From Amphiscolops sp. MND2022 (lineage: Eukaryota): a DNA stretch of 63,742 bases. A program made the translations under genes and the position numbers. The stretch spans positions 124,001 to 187,742 of the forward strand of contig CAXLNC010001113.1 in assembly GCA_964187785.1 (NCBI GenBank), in the 5' to 3' direction. How positions within the stretch are numbered: position 1 is the stretch's first letter; every line of letters begins with the position of its first letter. This document shows positions 45,598-58,825 of this stretch, piece by piece. The notes under the pieces are model-generated. The model had not been told where the DNA came from, searched no databases, and saw only the letters and a list, made by a program, of their open reading frames with translations.

Positions 45598-48500
45598 TCA
45601 GAGGTAAGAAGGGGAGCTCATACCAAGAGTAGTAATGAACTCCATTTGAAGGTTCCGTCCCAAAATCTTGGTCATTCCATCAGCCTTCTGCACCTTTCCC
45701 GGCAGGAATGATGGTTCAATGCACGGGGGATGTAAGAGTGTCCCATAGCACACATCACGCAAGTAGCTGTAATTCTTGGTGAGAGGTCGGTTCCTGACAA
45801 CAATAGAGTGGTTCTTTAACTGTTTCAAGCCAGTGTCACTGTCTGTCTTCATCGGGAGCTTCAAATATGGAGTTATGCCCACACACACACCCAGAAACTC
45901 TGCTGCATCATACGTCAAGATGGATGTCATGATGCCATCGGACATTGCCACAATCTCAGCCTCAGGCGCTGAATATGCTGTGATAGTTTGTCTCCTTGAG
46001 GACCATTGTAATACGGAATACTCGCCCGTTTCTGGGTGCACCATACAGACAAGAAATCCCGAACGACTCCTTCCTCCTGACGTAGCAAAGCTAGCATCAG
46101 TATATGCATGAATGTGAAACTCCGGTCTATCTATTGATCTCCTTTCATGGCCATCAAGGCACTCATCTCGACGTATGTTCTCTCCCATCACGCTTCCATG
46201 TTGGTCTCGTGTCACCTTTGAAATAGTGTTCAGTGAGCCCATTGCGGGACAAAGAGAAGAACTTGATGAGCCCATAGCGGGAGTGAGAGTGGACATTGCA
46301 AACCTACGGGTTGTCCACACATACCTCCATAAATCAACCAAATGGGTAGCAACCTTCTGAGGAGTCTTTACCATCATGGAAGCGCATATGCCGAGGACAG
46401 CTGATATGTCCGGCCTTGTTCTAGTGGCTAGCCACATCAGTTGACCTATGTACTTCTGGCATTCTGACACATGCTTCCTTTTGGTTTCTTCTGACAACAC
46501 TTCCTCTGGCAGTCGCTCATCCACCTCGGGTGGTCGGTGAAAAGGCTTCAACGTCACTTGTTGCGTTGCACCGACAAACCCATTCTCATGCATGCAGTGT
46601 TGGATGTACTTTTCTTGGTCACAGAAGATGGTCCCATACTGGTCTCTGGTAATTCGACATCCTAGAAAACCAATCTGCACATCTTGTTTCTGTGGCCCAC
46701 TAGGGAGAACACCCGACTGCTTCATTACATACTTCTTTAACAATAAATCCACCACAGGTCTCAGGTGCCATTCCGGCATTGCCAGCAATAGGTCATCTAC
46801 ATAAGTGACCAAGCCTCCCAATAGTCTCACTGGTTTCTCTTGACCTTCTGTCTGGATTCCTATCGTGCGGCATTTCTTGGCCATTTGCGGCTCTCCATGC
46901 TTCTTGGCGGTCTGAGATGGTGCAAATGCACTGGCCTCACAGGGCACGCAGTGATTTTCAGCATCAAGCTCTATGATCGCCCATAAGCAGGGATTCCCTT
47001 TCGCGGGCACCAGGCCATACCAACGTTCTTCCACTTCCCATTGAAGCTGTGCGATTGTATTATCCCTCTCAACTTCCCAAGCAAGTGGTGAAGTACGTAG
47101 GCCATACAGTGCTTTTTTCAACTTCCAGATTGTACCCTCCGGTAATAGTCCAAGCTTCTCAATAACCTTGGGAGGTTTCATGTAGATAAACTGGCCATCA
47201 AGGTCCGTGTCTCTATCCCCATACAACCTAGCATACAGAAAGCTGTCGACACATCCCAAGTTTCTATCGGCCAACCCTGGTATGAAGCTAAGGACAACAG
47301 CATTCTCAACATCGGGTAAGAGGGAGTCTTTGAAGACGTCATCTCATCCTGGTGAACGGTCTGGAAGTTCCCACATACCACAATCCTTGCCTTCTTCTTC
47401 CCTTTCACACCCTCTGGATTAGGCTTCACCACTAAGACAAGTCTACCAGGAAGAATTTCTTGGTGACCTACGTCCGCACGGGAAACTGCCTCATACACAT
47501 CCAGCTTAGCAAAGGATTGCAGTTCGGCCAAGATTGCCGCTTTCCACTCCTCCTTTTCTGGTCCAAATACCACTTGGGTCTCCTGGGTCACTGTCTTAGC
47601 CATTGACGGCCCTGCAAAATAGTCAGGAACATCTTGCTTGGACAGGGCATCCACATAGTCGACCTCTAAGGGTACCAGTTCCAGAGGAATGGCCACAAAG
47701 GACGCCGCGCTGAATTCGAGGATCCTTGATCTCAGCTGATAGGACGCCTCTGCCAGCTCCTGTTGCTTGCTCATCTCTAAGTCAGAAACATAGTAGGTTT
47801 TCACAGAGGTTCCTATACCATCGTCTTCATTCACGAACTTCGTCTTCTTGTGGTCCTTTTCTTCGTCCATTGAGATCTTCATGATCCGGACTGATGGCTG
47901 ATCAGCTATCTTAACCCAATCATTGGACTTCAGCTCTACATTCAACCACCCAAGTTGCACCATTGAGACGGAGGTATCCCATTGACCCTCCTCTTCTTCT
48001 GTTCTATAGCCTTGAGATGTGGCTGACTGGAAGCTGTCTTGAGATCGAACTTCCTCATGTTCAAGCTCCAAGACTCCCCCGCTTTCAGCTTCGTCGCCTA
48101 GTTCCTGCCCATATGCAGACTCTCCCCCGGTTTCTGGAATGTAGTCCTTTTGTAGAGTGTCCTGTTCTTCCACAGCCATACGCGGCACATCACCCTCCCC
48201 CCGGTCCGAGGTGAATAGGCGAGGAGCGCCCGTTGGGGCCGCGGGGACAACCACACGTCCAGGAAGAACACGGGAGAGGTGGGCGGGCAAGACATCTGTC
48301 TCAGAATACCAGAAGACGCTGCGAATCGAACGTCGATCCGCAGTCATAGGTGTGCACTCTGGAAGAGCAGGAGTGGGCAAGCGAACAGAAGAAGTTTGAT
48401 CAGGATTGAAGAATTCTCTGGCAAGGAGTTTTCCCGAGTCCATGTCAAATGTCTCTCGACACCATACACGGTGCATAGGTGGTCCTCCACGGCGAACACC

Positions 48501-50273
48501 CTGAAATACTCGAACATTCATGTCTTCACGGGTCCATGATTTCAAGTGTGCACGTAGGGCAGCGGGCATGGGTATATCAATAGCTGACACTACCAGATCT
48601 ACGTCTTGAGAACGAGGAAGCAAATCTGGGGCCATACCGGCAAGGGATTCGTGTTCAGCAGGAGTGGTATAAGGGTCAAAGGCCTCGGGCAGATCGACCA
48701 TTTCAGGTTCCAGAGCAATTTCACTCAGTGGGACATCATGAGCCACCCCCATAACATCATCATCTGTAGGGGCCATTTCGGCAAGAGTGTCAGCATCTGG
48801 AAGATATTTGCTAAGGTCGTTGACATACCAAGCCCAACCCATTCCAAGGGACCGAAGATTTTGGACTTCCACAGCCCCTTCAGGTTCCAACTCCTCAACC
48901 GTGGCGACATCCAGGTCGTTCAAATTCCAACGGATCTCGCCATCATTGCGCACATAAGCTGCCGCTCGAGGCTCTGTGGGGTGTACATGAAGTTTCCAGC
49001 GTTGAGGACGACGCTCCCCCAGTCTTCGGACCTTGGCAGTGACAATCACATTGAAAAGGCCATCCGAGACCGTGCCCACTGTCACTCCCCCAGAGACCAA
49101 AGGATTGTGACCTAGACAAACTCCCGTTATGCCACGATCTTCGAAGCTTGGCGGTTTCTTCAAGAAACGGTGCACCACCACCACATCACCAAAGAGAGGA
49201 TAGCTTGCATTGAGTCTAATATTCAAGACACGATGATTGTGCACATAGGCAACCCACTTGCACGCATAGGTCCAGTAGTCAGGAGGTAGCCTGTGTTCTG
49301 CCAGAAGTGCTGTAGCCCGGACCTTAATGATCCCGACCCAACGTTCAGCTATGCCATTCGCGGCAGGATCATATCCGGAATTAGTTGTCTGGCGTATGCC
49401 ATGAGAACGTAACAGCTTTCGCACACTGGCAGCCAGGAACTCCTTGGCCTTATCAGAATGTAGCCGAAGCACTGGTGCTCGACACCCACCTGTGAGACTC
49501 GTCAGGTCATCCAAAGCAACCTGTAGACCTGCGACCACATGGGGATCATCTCTATTTTCTACGCCCATGGCCCATATCAGTCGCACCTCCGCAGGCACCA
49601 AACAATGACTAATAACTGCTTGGCTGGATGTACCGTTGAAGGGTGCGGTCCTGAGAAATCAAAGGTAAGGATGGAATTTCCCGTGACTCCTTCAGGGCCG
49701 AATGTCTGTATAAGGGTCCCAAGGCTCTCTTACAATAATCACATTTAGGATCCGGGACACCATGGTCCAATTTGTGGTCAGGGCACTCCAATACGCCCGT
49801 CCCTTCGAGCACACGGTGAATATCCGGGACCACAAAGGGTGCAGTCTGGCTTGACCTATGTGCCATGACACACACCATTCTGTCCACTAAGGGATCAGCA
49901 TCACATGGTGCAGGAGATAGCGCTTCCACCAGAGGCTGCTCTTCTCCAACAACAACATCCTTCTCCGAAGAGTGCACCGTGATGGCGGGTTCATCAGGCA
50001 CCACAGGCGCAGCTGTGGCACACCCAGAAATCACAAAGTGCTGTCTCATCTGGACGTTGTGCGCTTGGAAGTGAGTAAGCCCACCAGGGAAGAAGCACAA
50101 AATCTGCACACAATCGGATGCGCATCTTCTCGAGGAGAGGGTGCACACCAAGGATGAATTCGGCGATAACACAGCATACAATGTTTGGGGCCACATAGGG
50201 CACATGCACGAAAGCATACTGCGCATGCATCAAAGGGCACCTCCTCAGAAGGCCTGAGGAGGGCCCGTGGTTG
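45598..50273 (-). CDS. ORF1b of copy C: PHD (50097-50225), integrase, RT, RNase H; several frameshifts
   Basis: ORFs 50046..50240, 49609..50226, 47178..49601 and 45598..47274 contain LHSDKAKEF, NGIAERW, YVDD, AYTDASF. Confidence 0.9.
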
Positions 50274-50276
50274 TCA
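50235..50276 (-). promoter_or_regulatory. Putative readthrough signal of copy C: TGA-CAACCA, 7-nt spacer, hairpin 50266-50235
   Basis: TCT CTG TGA CAA CCA CGG GCC CTC CTC AGG CCT TCT GAG GAG GTG CCC. Confidence 0.8.
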
Positions 50277-53200
50277 CAGAGAGTTGGTAGCCAGCTCCAC
50301 AGAGCTGACCTGATGAACCCCGCCCTGTGCCACCAGGGGCAGTTGATCAAGCACTGCCATTCCAGTGTAGGGCAACTGGGTCTGATAGGAGGACCAGGAT
50401 GAGGAGATTCTCTACGGGGATCGTGAGTACCACATCTGCCTTGTCTTCCAAAGCGTCGTCTCCCACGACCCTGGATTCCTTGTTCACCAGGGCATAGCCA
50501 TGGCGAACCTCCTTCATGGTCAGATCCTGCATGAACCTCCTTCATGGTCAGATTCTGCATCATCTCCCAAGCACTCTCTGCCGGTGCAAAGTCAGCATAG
50601 ATCTTGGCCATCTGCCAATCATGAATCCACAAGAATGCTGAGGACAAGTAAGGATGCAGATGCAGGCTCAAGGTCATTTGGACTGCAAAGTAGATCAACA
50701 CGGTAAGGTTCCTGAGCATAGCTGAGCTGTCAAGGGTGCTCCATGCTACACGCAAGTCCACCAGTGCTTGTTCCATAGTGCCTAACGGATCGTCCACTAG
50801 TCGTGGACGAGCCCGCTTGGGGACAGTGGTTATATCTTCACCCATCCGGTGAAGGAACTCGCCAGCTACATTCGCCATCCACATGCATGAAGTCATCAAT
50901 GCTGGCTGCCATCCATGATGATGTTCTTCGCCAGAAATGCGCATAGAGGAGTCTATAGACGCAGCGGCCACTTGGACACCCACATTTGCAAACGTATACT
51001 GAGAAGTGTGAGGTCCTGACGAGTGTGCCTTAGGTGCTTGTTCTCGTCCATTCGCGGACTCCTCTGTGGCAATCATTCTGAGGCTGGACTCGAAGTCACT
51101 GGAGACATAGTCATGGGGCTTGATGAGTTTGCCCTTTGAGTACAGAAGCCACTTCCCTCCTTCCGTTCTGGAGACAGTGAATGCCAACTCCTCTTCAGAC
51201 TTTCCTGTTTTCTGGACATACTCTTTTCTAGTGCACGCCAAGTGAGTCACCGTCTCATGCTGCTTCTTCATGTTATCTCCATGCTTCAATAAGAATGCCG
51301 CTCAATAGCACGTTCAAGTCCACACTCCTGTAGCAAGTTGAAGACAAGGTAGAGCACATCAATGGACTCAGCTAACACTCCATGAAGGATGCCGCCTTCC
51401 ACGGCATTCTTCACTTCTTGAATCTCTTCCCATAACATCTGTCCATATGCGGAACCCCTTTCTTTGCCAATACAACGAGGAAGCTCGCCTTTCGGCAAAC
51501 CCATCGCAGCGTTGAACTCCCCGAGTCAACAATGCACAAGAGTCCAGTGTCAGCTGCTCTGCTCGATTCTCAGATGCATTGGGTTGCGGAACTTGTCCAC
51601 TCAGGGATTCCAATGGGTCTGACGGAGCTCTGACTTTCTGCTCTACAGCTTGACCACTGTGGGTTCGGGGGAATTCTCTAGAATCTCTGCAGTCTCCTCC
51701 GTAGATGGAGGCTCCTTTCCCAGAGGATCCTTCACCACAGACGACTTACAAGAGCCACATTCAGCATATCTGTCCACTGGGAAACCAACGATTCAAGATT
51801 CATCCAATCTTCACGAGACAGTCGCTCCAAGTGATTTGGGGTAAACAATGTCACAGAATAACGCACTCCCTTGGTCACCTCTCGTACTCTATGCTGAATA
51901 ATATCTGCAGTAAATTCCACCCAAACCAATGTGCCGCACAGGACTCCCAGTCTTCATCACGGAATACCTCCAAATGTCCTCCCAAGTAGTGGCCAAAGTT
52001 GATGGTGTAGTTAAGATACTTCTCATGGTTGCGGTAGTCCCTATGCTGGTTAAGTCCTTGACCCGCTTCCAGTCTCGTCAAAATATATGCCCACATAGGG
52101 GATAGCCTTTTGACAGCATCTGGCCAGCGCATGGACTCTGAGCAGTACCGGAGTATACTGATCATCAAAGGTCCTTCTGGAAACGCAACCCTTCTCATAG
52201 CCTCTGTTGGTCTGGGCTCCCAAGAAAAGGCCTCGTGATCCTCCAGCAATACCAGGCCTATTATTCTGACTTGGCCATGTCATCGTCTCCATGATCTTCT
52301 GGAGCTCCACAATCCTCTTCATGTAGCCTTTCCTGCTCATATTCATGTCCAGGAAGCGAATCGAGGAGGGACGCTCTACCTTTACTGCACGGCCTCATGG
52401 GGCAATTCCGCAGCTGACAGGGCCCTCTTCAGCTGGTCATAATTCATGCCATTCGAGGCCCTGCAACGATCCCATGCATTTCGAAGGACATTGAAGAAGG
52501 TGGCTTTATCCATGTAATGCATCTTAGAGCGCTCGACAAGCGTCACGCTTGTTCCGCTCGGGAAGCAATCGTCACCTCCATCTTCTCATCCTTGACAACT
52601 GGCATGTAGGACCACCCTGCCAACAGAATCAGCCACGACAAAGGCATCAGTGGAGAGGCACCTTCTATGGCCGCCACGTGGTAATCGTCTTCACCATATT
52701 GTAGTGTCTGCACTATCTGTTCCAGGGACAACAGTGCCACCCGGGACTGTACACTGAGCTTCTGTTCCAGCATCTCAGCCTTTCGAGGCAACACTAAGGC
52801 ATTCGCGCCGGTATCCAGCAAACAGAAGCATCGAGAGTCCATCTGCTCAATAGCATTCAACATGAGCATCTGTGCATGGACAGTCGTCTCCGGCTTCTTT
52901 CCTTCTCGTCGAGCTGCGGAATACCGGTCATATCTTTCCAGCAACTCCGGTGCAATCTTCAGAGGCTTCCCGTCAGTGCCGAGAATGTGTCCATATTGAC
53001 ATTGATCACCTCTTGTGCAAGTCCCTCGATAGAATCGAATGCACTGCTGACCCTTCTTATTGAGAGGAGGCCTATCAGTACTAGAACTGGCCCCTTTGCT
53101 CTTACCTTTCCCAGGTGATCCACCTTTCTCGGCACTTGGGCAGTAGGCTTTGGGATCGGCCCCTCCGACTTTACTGGAGAAGATGGTGGTGGACTCGTGG

Positions 53201-56200
53201 GAGCATTAGCTCCCCCCACAGGGCCACTTGACTTTGCCTTTGGCTTTGGTTTGCCTTAGGCTTCGCATCCACAGCATGAGCCTTCGTAGTAGAGGGTGGC
53301 AGATAACTCACCATGGTAGTAACCTGGTTGAGGTTGACCTCGACGGTGTGGAAGAAGTATGCTGCTTGTCCTGGGGTCACGTCCGCCATGGGAAGATGAT
53401 TTCTCTCTGTCTGATAAAACCAAGTCCCCCTCTGATTGTGGATATTGAAGGACGCTAAAGATCTTGTCGAATGCAGTCATCAACACCGAGACTCCAGGGA
53501 GCATGCCACCCATCTGTCTCAAGCGACGACCAGCACTCTTCCAGGCTTGAAGCTTCTGAAAGGTAGAGACTGGTCCTTGATCGCCCACCTGGGGTTCTCT
53601 CACATACTGTTGCAGCTCCTCCTCCTCCCGAGATTGATAAGGTAACAGACGATGATAGGCCGTCATCAAGATCAATCTCACTGGTGGGTCGTGTCTCAGC
53701 ATTCGCGCCATCTCGAGAGAATCTGCCGAAACACCTGCTGTTTGTAGAGCGAGGTTCACTGCTGCTTCAGCACGTGTGTGCCATAGTTCCTCTGTCATCT
53801 TCCCGGTCCAGTCGCGGACAGTAGTGGTCATGTCTCTTTTGCGATAGACAGGAAGATCTCGATGGACCCCGGCAATTACTGCTTTAGCATATGTGGCCGC
53901 AGCTGGGCTGATAATGCCCATTGCTCGAATAAAGTCCACCTCGAAGTACTGGAGCAAGGTCGCCCTCTTGACCGACTGAGCTGTCACCTTGGGGAACTGA
54001 ATATTCTTGAAATCCAACATTCCCCATTTTTCTTCTCGAACTCCTTCTCGATAATTCATGGCACCGACGTCCTCCAGGGAATTTCGTTCCATGTCTCTAA
54101 GGACTTTCTCCCATGATGCCGGACCTGATGAGTCCATCCCCTTGCAGAAGTAATCATCAAGGGACTCAAACTTGACCTCTTCCTCCTGCTTGATGTGAGG
54201 TTGGTAAGGTGCTCCTTGATCTGGCGCATGATCGCTCTCCTCCTTCTTTCCAAATGATGGCAACGGAGGTACTCTAGTCTGGCCATTTGAGGCACTCCAT
54301 TCGTGGGCATGAGATGCGGTCCACGGTGGCGTCATTGGACCTCCTGCTCCTGAGACAACTGGTCTCGCAGCTGCCATTCTGGCGTCCACTGCCCGTTGGA
54401 CTCTCTGATCCAGGTCGTCAGAATAGACTTGCTCCTGAAGATCATCTTTCTCATCTGCCCACTCAGGGGTTGCCCGGTGTGTCAAATCCACACCACAGAC
54501 CATGTGACTATGCCCTTCAAGATCCCGCGCATAGACGTACACATTCTCACCGTCCAACTGTAGGAATTCATTCTCTCGCAAGGTCCTTACAGTCGTTCCC
54601 TCGGGGTACTCACCGTCCAATGGCACCTTGAAGATGAGACTACTCTTACCCATGACAGTTCTCGCTTCTTGACCTCCAATAAGAACAATCTCCCCGACCT
54701 TACAGAAGTCGCTTTCTTCAACATCAATTCGCAGATCTCCCTTTCTAGCTACCTTTGACAATTTTGTCATTCCTCCAGTAGCCCGCTCAGGGGTTGTAGC
54801 GCTAACTGTCTCAAGAGTTGTAGTGAGAAGGTCATGGACTTGGTCAAGATACTGCTTCACATCCTTGGCATCCTCAGCATTGTCCTTCACGAGCTGTTTC
54901 ATGGTCTTCTGCTGAGCCTTCATACCTTCTTCCAGCTGTGAAAGCCGGATAGCCAACTCTGGATCTCGATTTGGGACAAACTGCTCCACTCGAGGAGTTG
55001 ACTGACCAACCAGCTCTGTCACTTCATGTTGTAGACGCCGAAGATGTTGTTGACCGTCATCAATTCTCTGCGCTTGAGCTGCCAACTGAGAACGGCACTG
55101 AGTGAGTGCTTCATCCTGACTCGCGGCATGTCGCTGATAAGCCGACACATCTGGTGCAGGACCACTCAGGGTGCTCAGCTTCTCTACTTCGCGCTTCAAG
55201 TCCTCCTTTAGGTGCTCTATCTCCACACCATTATTGAAGACATTCTCCTGTAGATCGGTTAGACTCTTATCAAGCCTCTGAATGTCCACTTGGGAATGCT
55301 CAACGACGCCTCCCAACTGAATCACCTTCCGCTGAGTCTCCTCGATTGCATGGCGGCACTCAACTGCAAGAGCCATATGTTCTCGCTCCCCTTGATCTAG
55401 TTGAGCAGATAATGCCTCCATGCGTCCACGAGCTACTTGAAGATGCTCATTCATGCGGTCTAATTGATTGGATAACTCAGTCTGTCGAGTCACTGTTCGC
55501 TGGACTCCATTGCGGACCTCTTGGGTGTGATGAGCAAGTTCACGGACAGCTGCCTCCACACTCGGGATGTTAGCCTTCTGCTCGACTGTCCTTCCCATCT
55601 GCATCATCCCTTCATGGAGGTACTCGCAGGCTCGCTTCAAGACATTCAGTGCACCCTCAATGTTCTCGAAGGCTTCCATTCCTAACAAAGGCCATTCACG
55701 GGCACATTGAGTGTATGTTCGCTGCACCGATCCATCTTCAGCTCGTGTCTCAGTCCATGACTGAAGAATAGCTCTCGCCATTGCAGTATCCATTTCTGCT
55801 TCTTCTTCTTCAGCCTGATTCGAACTTGTTGCTAATCCCTGACCCAGGTTTGGGCTCATAACCTGTATGGGTTTATTGGAAGGAGTAGTAGGGCTTGTAT
55901 CATCACGTATAGGGGTCAACTCCAATGATCCTCCCTGTTCCCATGAGTGGGTAGCTTGGGTAGCCACAGAGGGCACAATCTCAAACGGTGAACTCTCGGT
56001 AGCCTCCCCAACTGGGTATGGATTAACACGCGAAGATCCGCTTCGGGGTGAGGTAGAAGATGCGGCAGAGCTTGAGATGGGTATCGCGGCCGCTTGGGCT
56101 TCCAGGGCTCGAAGTCTAGGGATTTCTGGGGCCTCGGTCCGCTTCGGGGATCTATCGGAGACAGCATGTTGCATCCTTTTCTTTCCCGCTGGGCGGTGAC

Positions 56201-56306
56201 TCGCCGCTGGTGCTGGACTTCGACCGTAGCGATCTCTGTGCACATGTCCAGCTATGAGGTCTCTGCCCATTGCGGGATTAAGATGGAACCCTGTCCCGTC
56301 TGCCAT
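50277..56306 (-). CDS. ORF1a of copy C: Gag, CCCH (52987-53043), protease (~52560-52830), 2OG dioxygenase (HRD 52037-52045), MazG-like (~51090-51520) and degenerate repeat; frameshifted
   Basis: ORFs 53256..56507, 52543..52944, 52050..52346, 51875..52249, 51286..51504 and 49994..51289 tile the copy B ORF1a. Confidence 0.88.
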
Positions 56307-56620
56307 CAGTCCACACGGGGAAAGGCAGCGGGACAAGGAATATATCTGTGTCCTGGTACTGTAGGTGTCACCTAATAATCGTGGTGATGCAGATGTCACT
56401 AATGCACTGATGTGTTCCTTCTCTACGACTATCTGTACCACCCTTTCTCTGGTCAGTTGACCAGTTCTCAGCCCAAATGGCTTGTGAGGGTGAGCGCACG
56501 TTAACATGCGCCATGCACAGGCAGATCCTCACCTGCCTATAAAACCTGTCTCTGAGCTCTACCCTGTTTTCCCGATCCCCATAATGCAAAACTGGGGCTA
56601 GAGAAGAGCATGCATTGACA
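56307..56620 (-). repeat. 5' terminal/LTR-like leader of copy C
   Basis: Begins TGTCAATG; homologous to 10095-10411. Confidence 0.65.
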
Positions 56621-58779
56621 GCATCCTTAGGATACAGTGGACTAAGATGAGTGTGTCCCGACCGTAAGGACGCGCAAGACCGTTTCATATGGAAGTGGCG
56701 GGACGTCAACTGCACTCAGAACACTGCTCCTTCGTGTTGGGACTAGAACGGGCAAGAACGACAATCCTGCCACGGAAGCCAGGACAAATGCCAGAAAATG
56801 TCGAGAGGAACACAAAATCTGGAATTGGGAACCCCCCTCCCCTTGCCTCTCTGAAAGTCGCTGTAACAGGCCGAATATGGTTTCGGAGAGTAGGCTTTCA
56901 AACACTGAACTCAGTGATTTCTTGGCCTTCACCGAGTTCGGGGGAGAGAGCTCTGTGGGTTCCTTTCAGCCTAGCATATGTGTGTGTGCGCGCCAAAGCA
57001 AACTCACCGAGTTCTTCGCAGAACTCACCGAATTCTCTCTTCTTGAGGAATGGCCATACATAGTAAGGTTGGCGAGCCTAAAAGGACCAAAATCGACCTC
57101 TTCAGGCGAATGCCAAAATCCAGTTCTGAAAAGGTTCATTTTGACCAAATGTTCGTCTTGACCAGTTTGGTCCAGTACACCTGGCAGTGCCGCGGTGGCA
57201 ACTCACTTCTGAAACAGTACTCTTGAAACAGCATTCCACCTGTTTCCTAAAATCTTCGAGATTGGCACGTGAAAGGTCTCCCCATTGCTCGGAGCAACAC
57301 GGAGTTTCAATGTTGTGAGATGGGCAACTCAGATGTCTTAGCAGGGCTTCAACCAGCCAGATAAGAGAGAGAGAGACGGAGCATTGTGCAAGCAGCTGGT
57401 ATGGGCAACAATCTCTCACATTCGGGTGTAGCCCATGCGAGCAACGGCATTTTCACGCGAACGAGGCAGGAACAGAAATGCACCACTGTTGTCTGGAACA
57501 CACCAAAAACGATATACACACCTGTAAAACGAGAGAGGAAATTGCCAGCATTTCCTTAGAGTCTCTTTCCTGAAACACCTCACAAACGAACGCAGGATGA
57601 AACTCAATCGCCCATAGAGTGCCCTGTTCTGGTGCATGGGGACCACCCCAATTGTCGAGAAAAAAGCTCAGAGAGTTTGGGTTCCCCCATGCGGCTTCCC
57701 ACCAGTTCTGGGAGTCGCTCCGAGAATTGATCCAAGAATCGGTTTTCTCGCGCGAGGACAAACGTGCAACAACAAACGTGCAAATTGGTTGGGTATTTCT
57801 CTTTTATTCTCCTATAGTCTCGTTGAGTGTCTTGGAACTAAAACCCTTAAGTTTAAGAAAAAGCCAGGCAAACAATTCTGAAAGTAACTCTGAAAGGTGT
57901 GAACATTTCTTGGAAAAAAAGTGCGAAAAGTGCTGAAACGATTTTGCCCTTTAGGCATGTCCCTTTAGTTTCTCTCTGATCTTCGCATAGCTTAGGTCGT
58001 GAGTGCAATTCCGAGAGTTGCTCCGAGAATGCCCCAGAATTCAAGAAGGGCCTTGAATTTCACTCCGAGAGCGTTTCTTATTTTGGGTGGGGGGGGTTGG
58101 TGGACGACGCACAGAACAGGCGAAAGCGAACCTCGACCCACGAGTGGGCCCACGAGTGGCCCCACGAGTCCGGCCACGAGAGCACCCACGAGGGATGATT
58201 TCCCTGTTTTCAGCCCTTCAAGGACTCCCCACCAACCTCCCACGAAGGTGTCCACGGAAGGGCCCACGAGTGGACGGTCGGGGGTTCACCTGTCCTGTTT
58301 TCACCTGTTCTGTTCTTTTACCAGTTGGGGGTAGTTTTCATGCCTCTGACATTTGCGTTGTTTTGAGCCTCACGTGCTTGACACCTGACACATGAACACA
58401 GCCAGCTTGATGATGAGGCACCAAGCCTTAAAGGAGCTGTTGGGCCATCATCTTAGCTTGCCATTGGCATGTTGCAATGCTCTCTGCACGTGTTCTCTTT
58501 CTCTCTCTCTCTCTATCTGGTTGTGTGTGCGTATGCGCGTTCTGTGTGCGTGCGTCCGTNNNNNNNNNNNNNNNNNNNNNNNNNNNNNNNNNNNNNNNNN
58601 NNNNNNNNNNNNNNNNNNNNNNNNNNNNNNNNNNNNNNNNNNNNNNNNNNNNNNNNNNNNNNNNNNNNNNNNNNNNNNNNNNNNNNNNNNNNNNNNNNNN
58701 NNNNNNTTGTGTGTTCTTGTGTTTTATGGTGTGTGTGTGTGTTCTCTGTGTGTTGGGGGGGTTGTGTGAGTGTACTTTA

Positions 58780-58780
58780 G

Positions 58781-58817
<37 letters not shown>

Positions 58818-58825
58818 ATTGTTGT
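58780..58825. repeat. (GTT)n microsatellite
   Basis: Direct inspection. Confidence 0.9.

Larger units (their letters stand above)
41281..56620 (-). mobile_element. Copia-like cargo retroelement copy C (3'-truncated inside the helicase ORF)
   Basis: Collinear with copy B from TGTCAATG (56620) to helicase codons RRVW (~41281). Confidence 0.93.

Noticed and set aside
56307-56507. 67-codon N-terminal extension of copy C Gag
   Set aside because: Relies on a non-ATG start and is not an open frame leading into Gag in copy B; probable start is ATG 56306
56413-56723. TGTTC...GAACA segment as the 5' LTR of copy C
   Set aside because: Homology with copies A and B begins only at 56620; 56621-56723 is not shared
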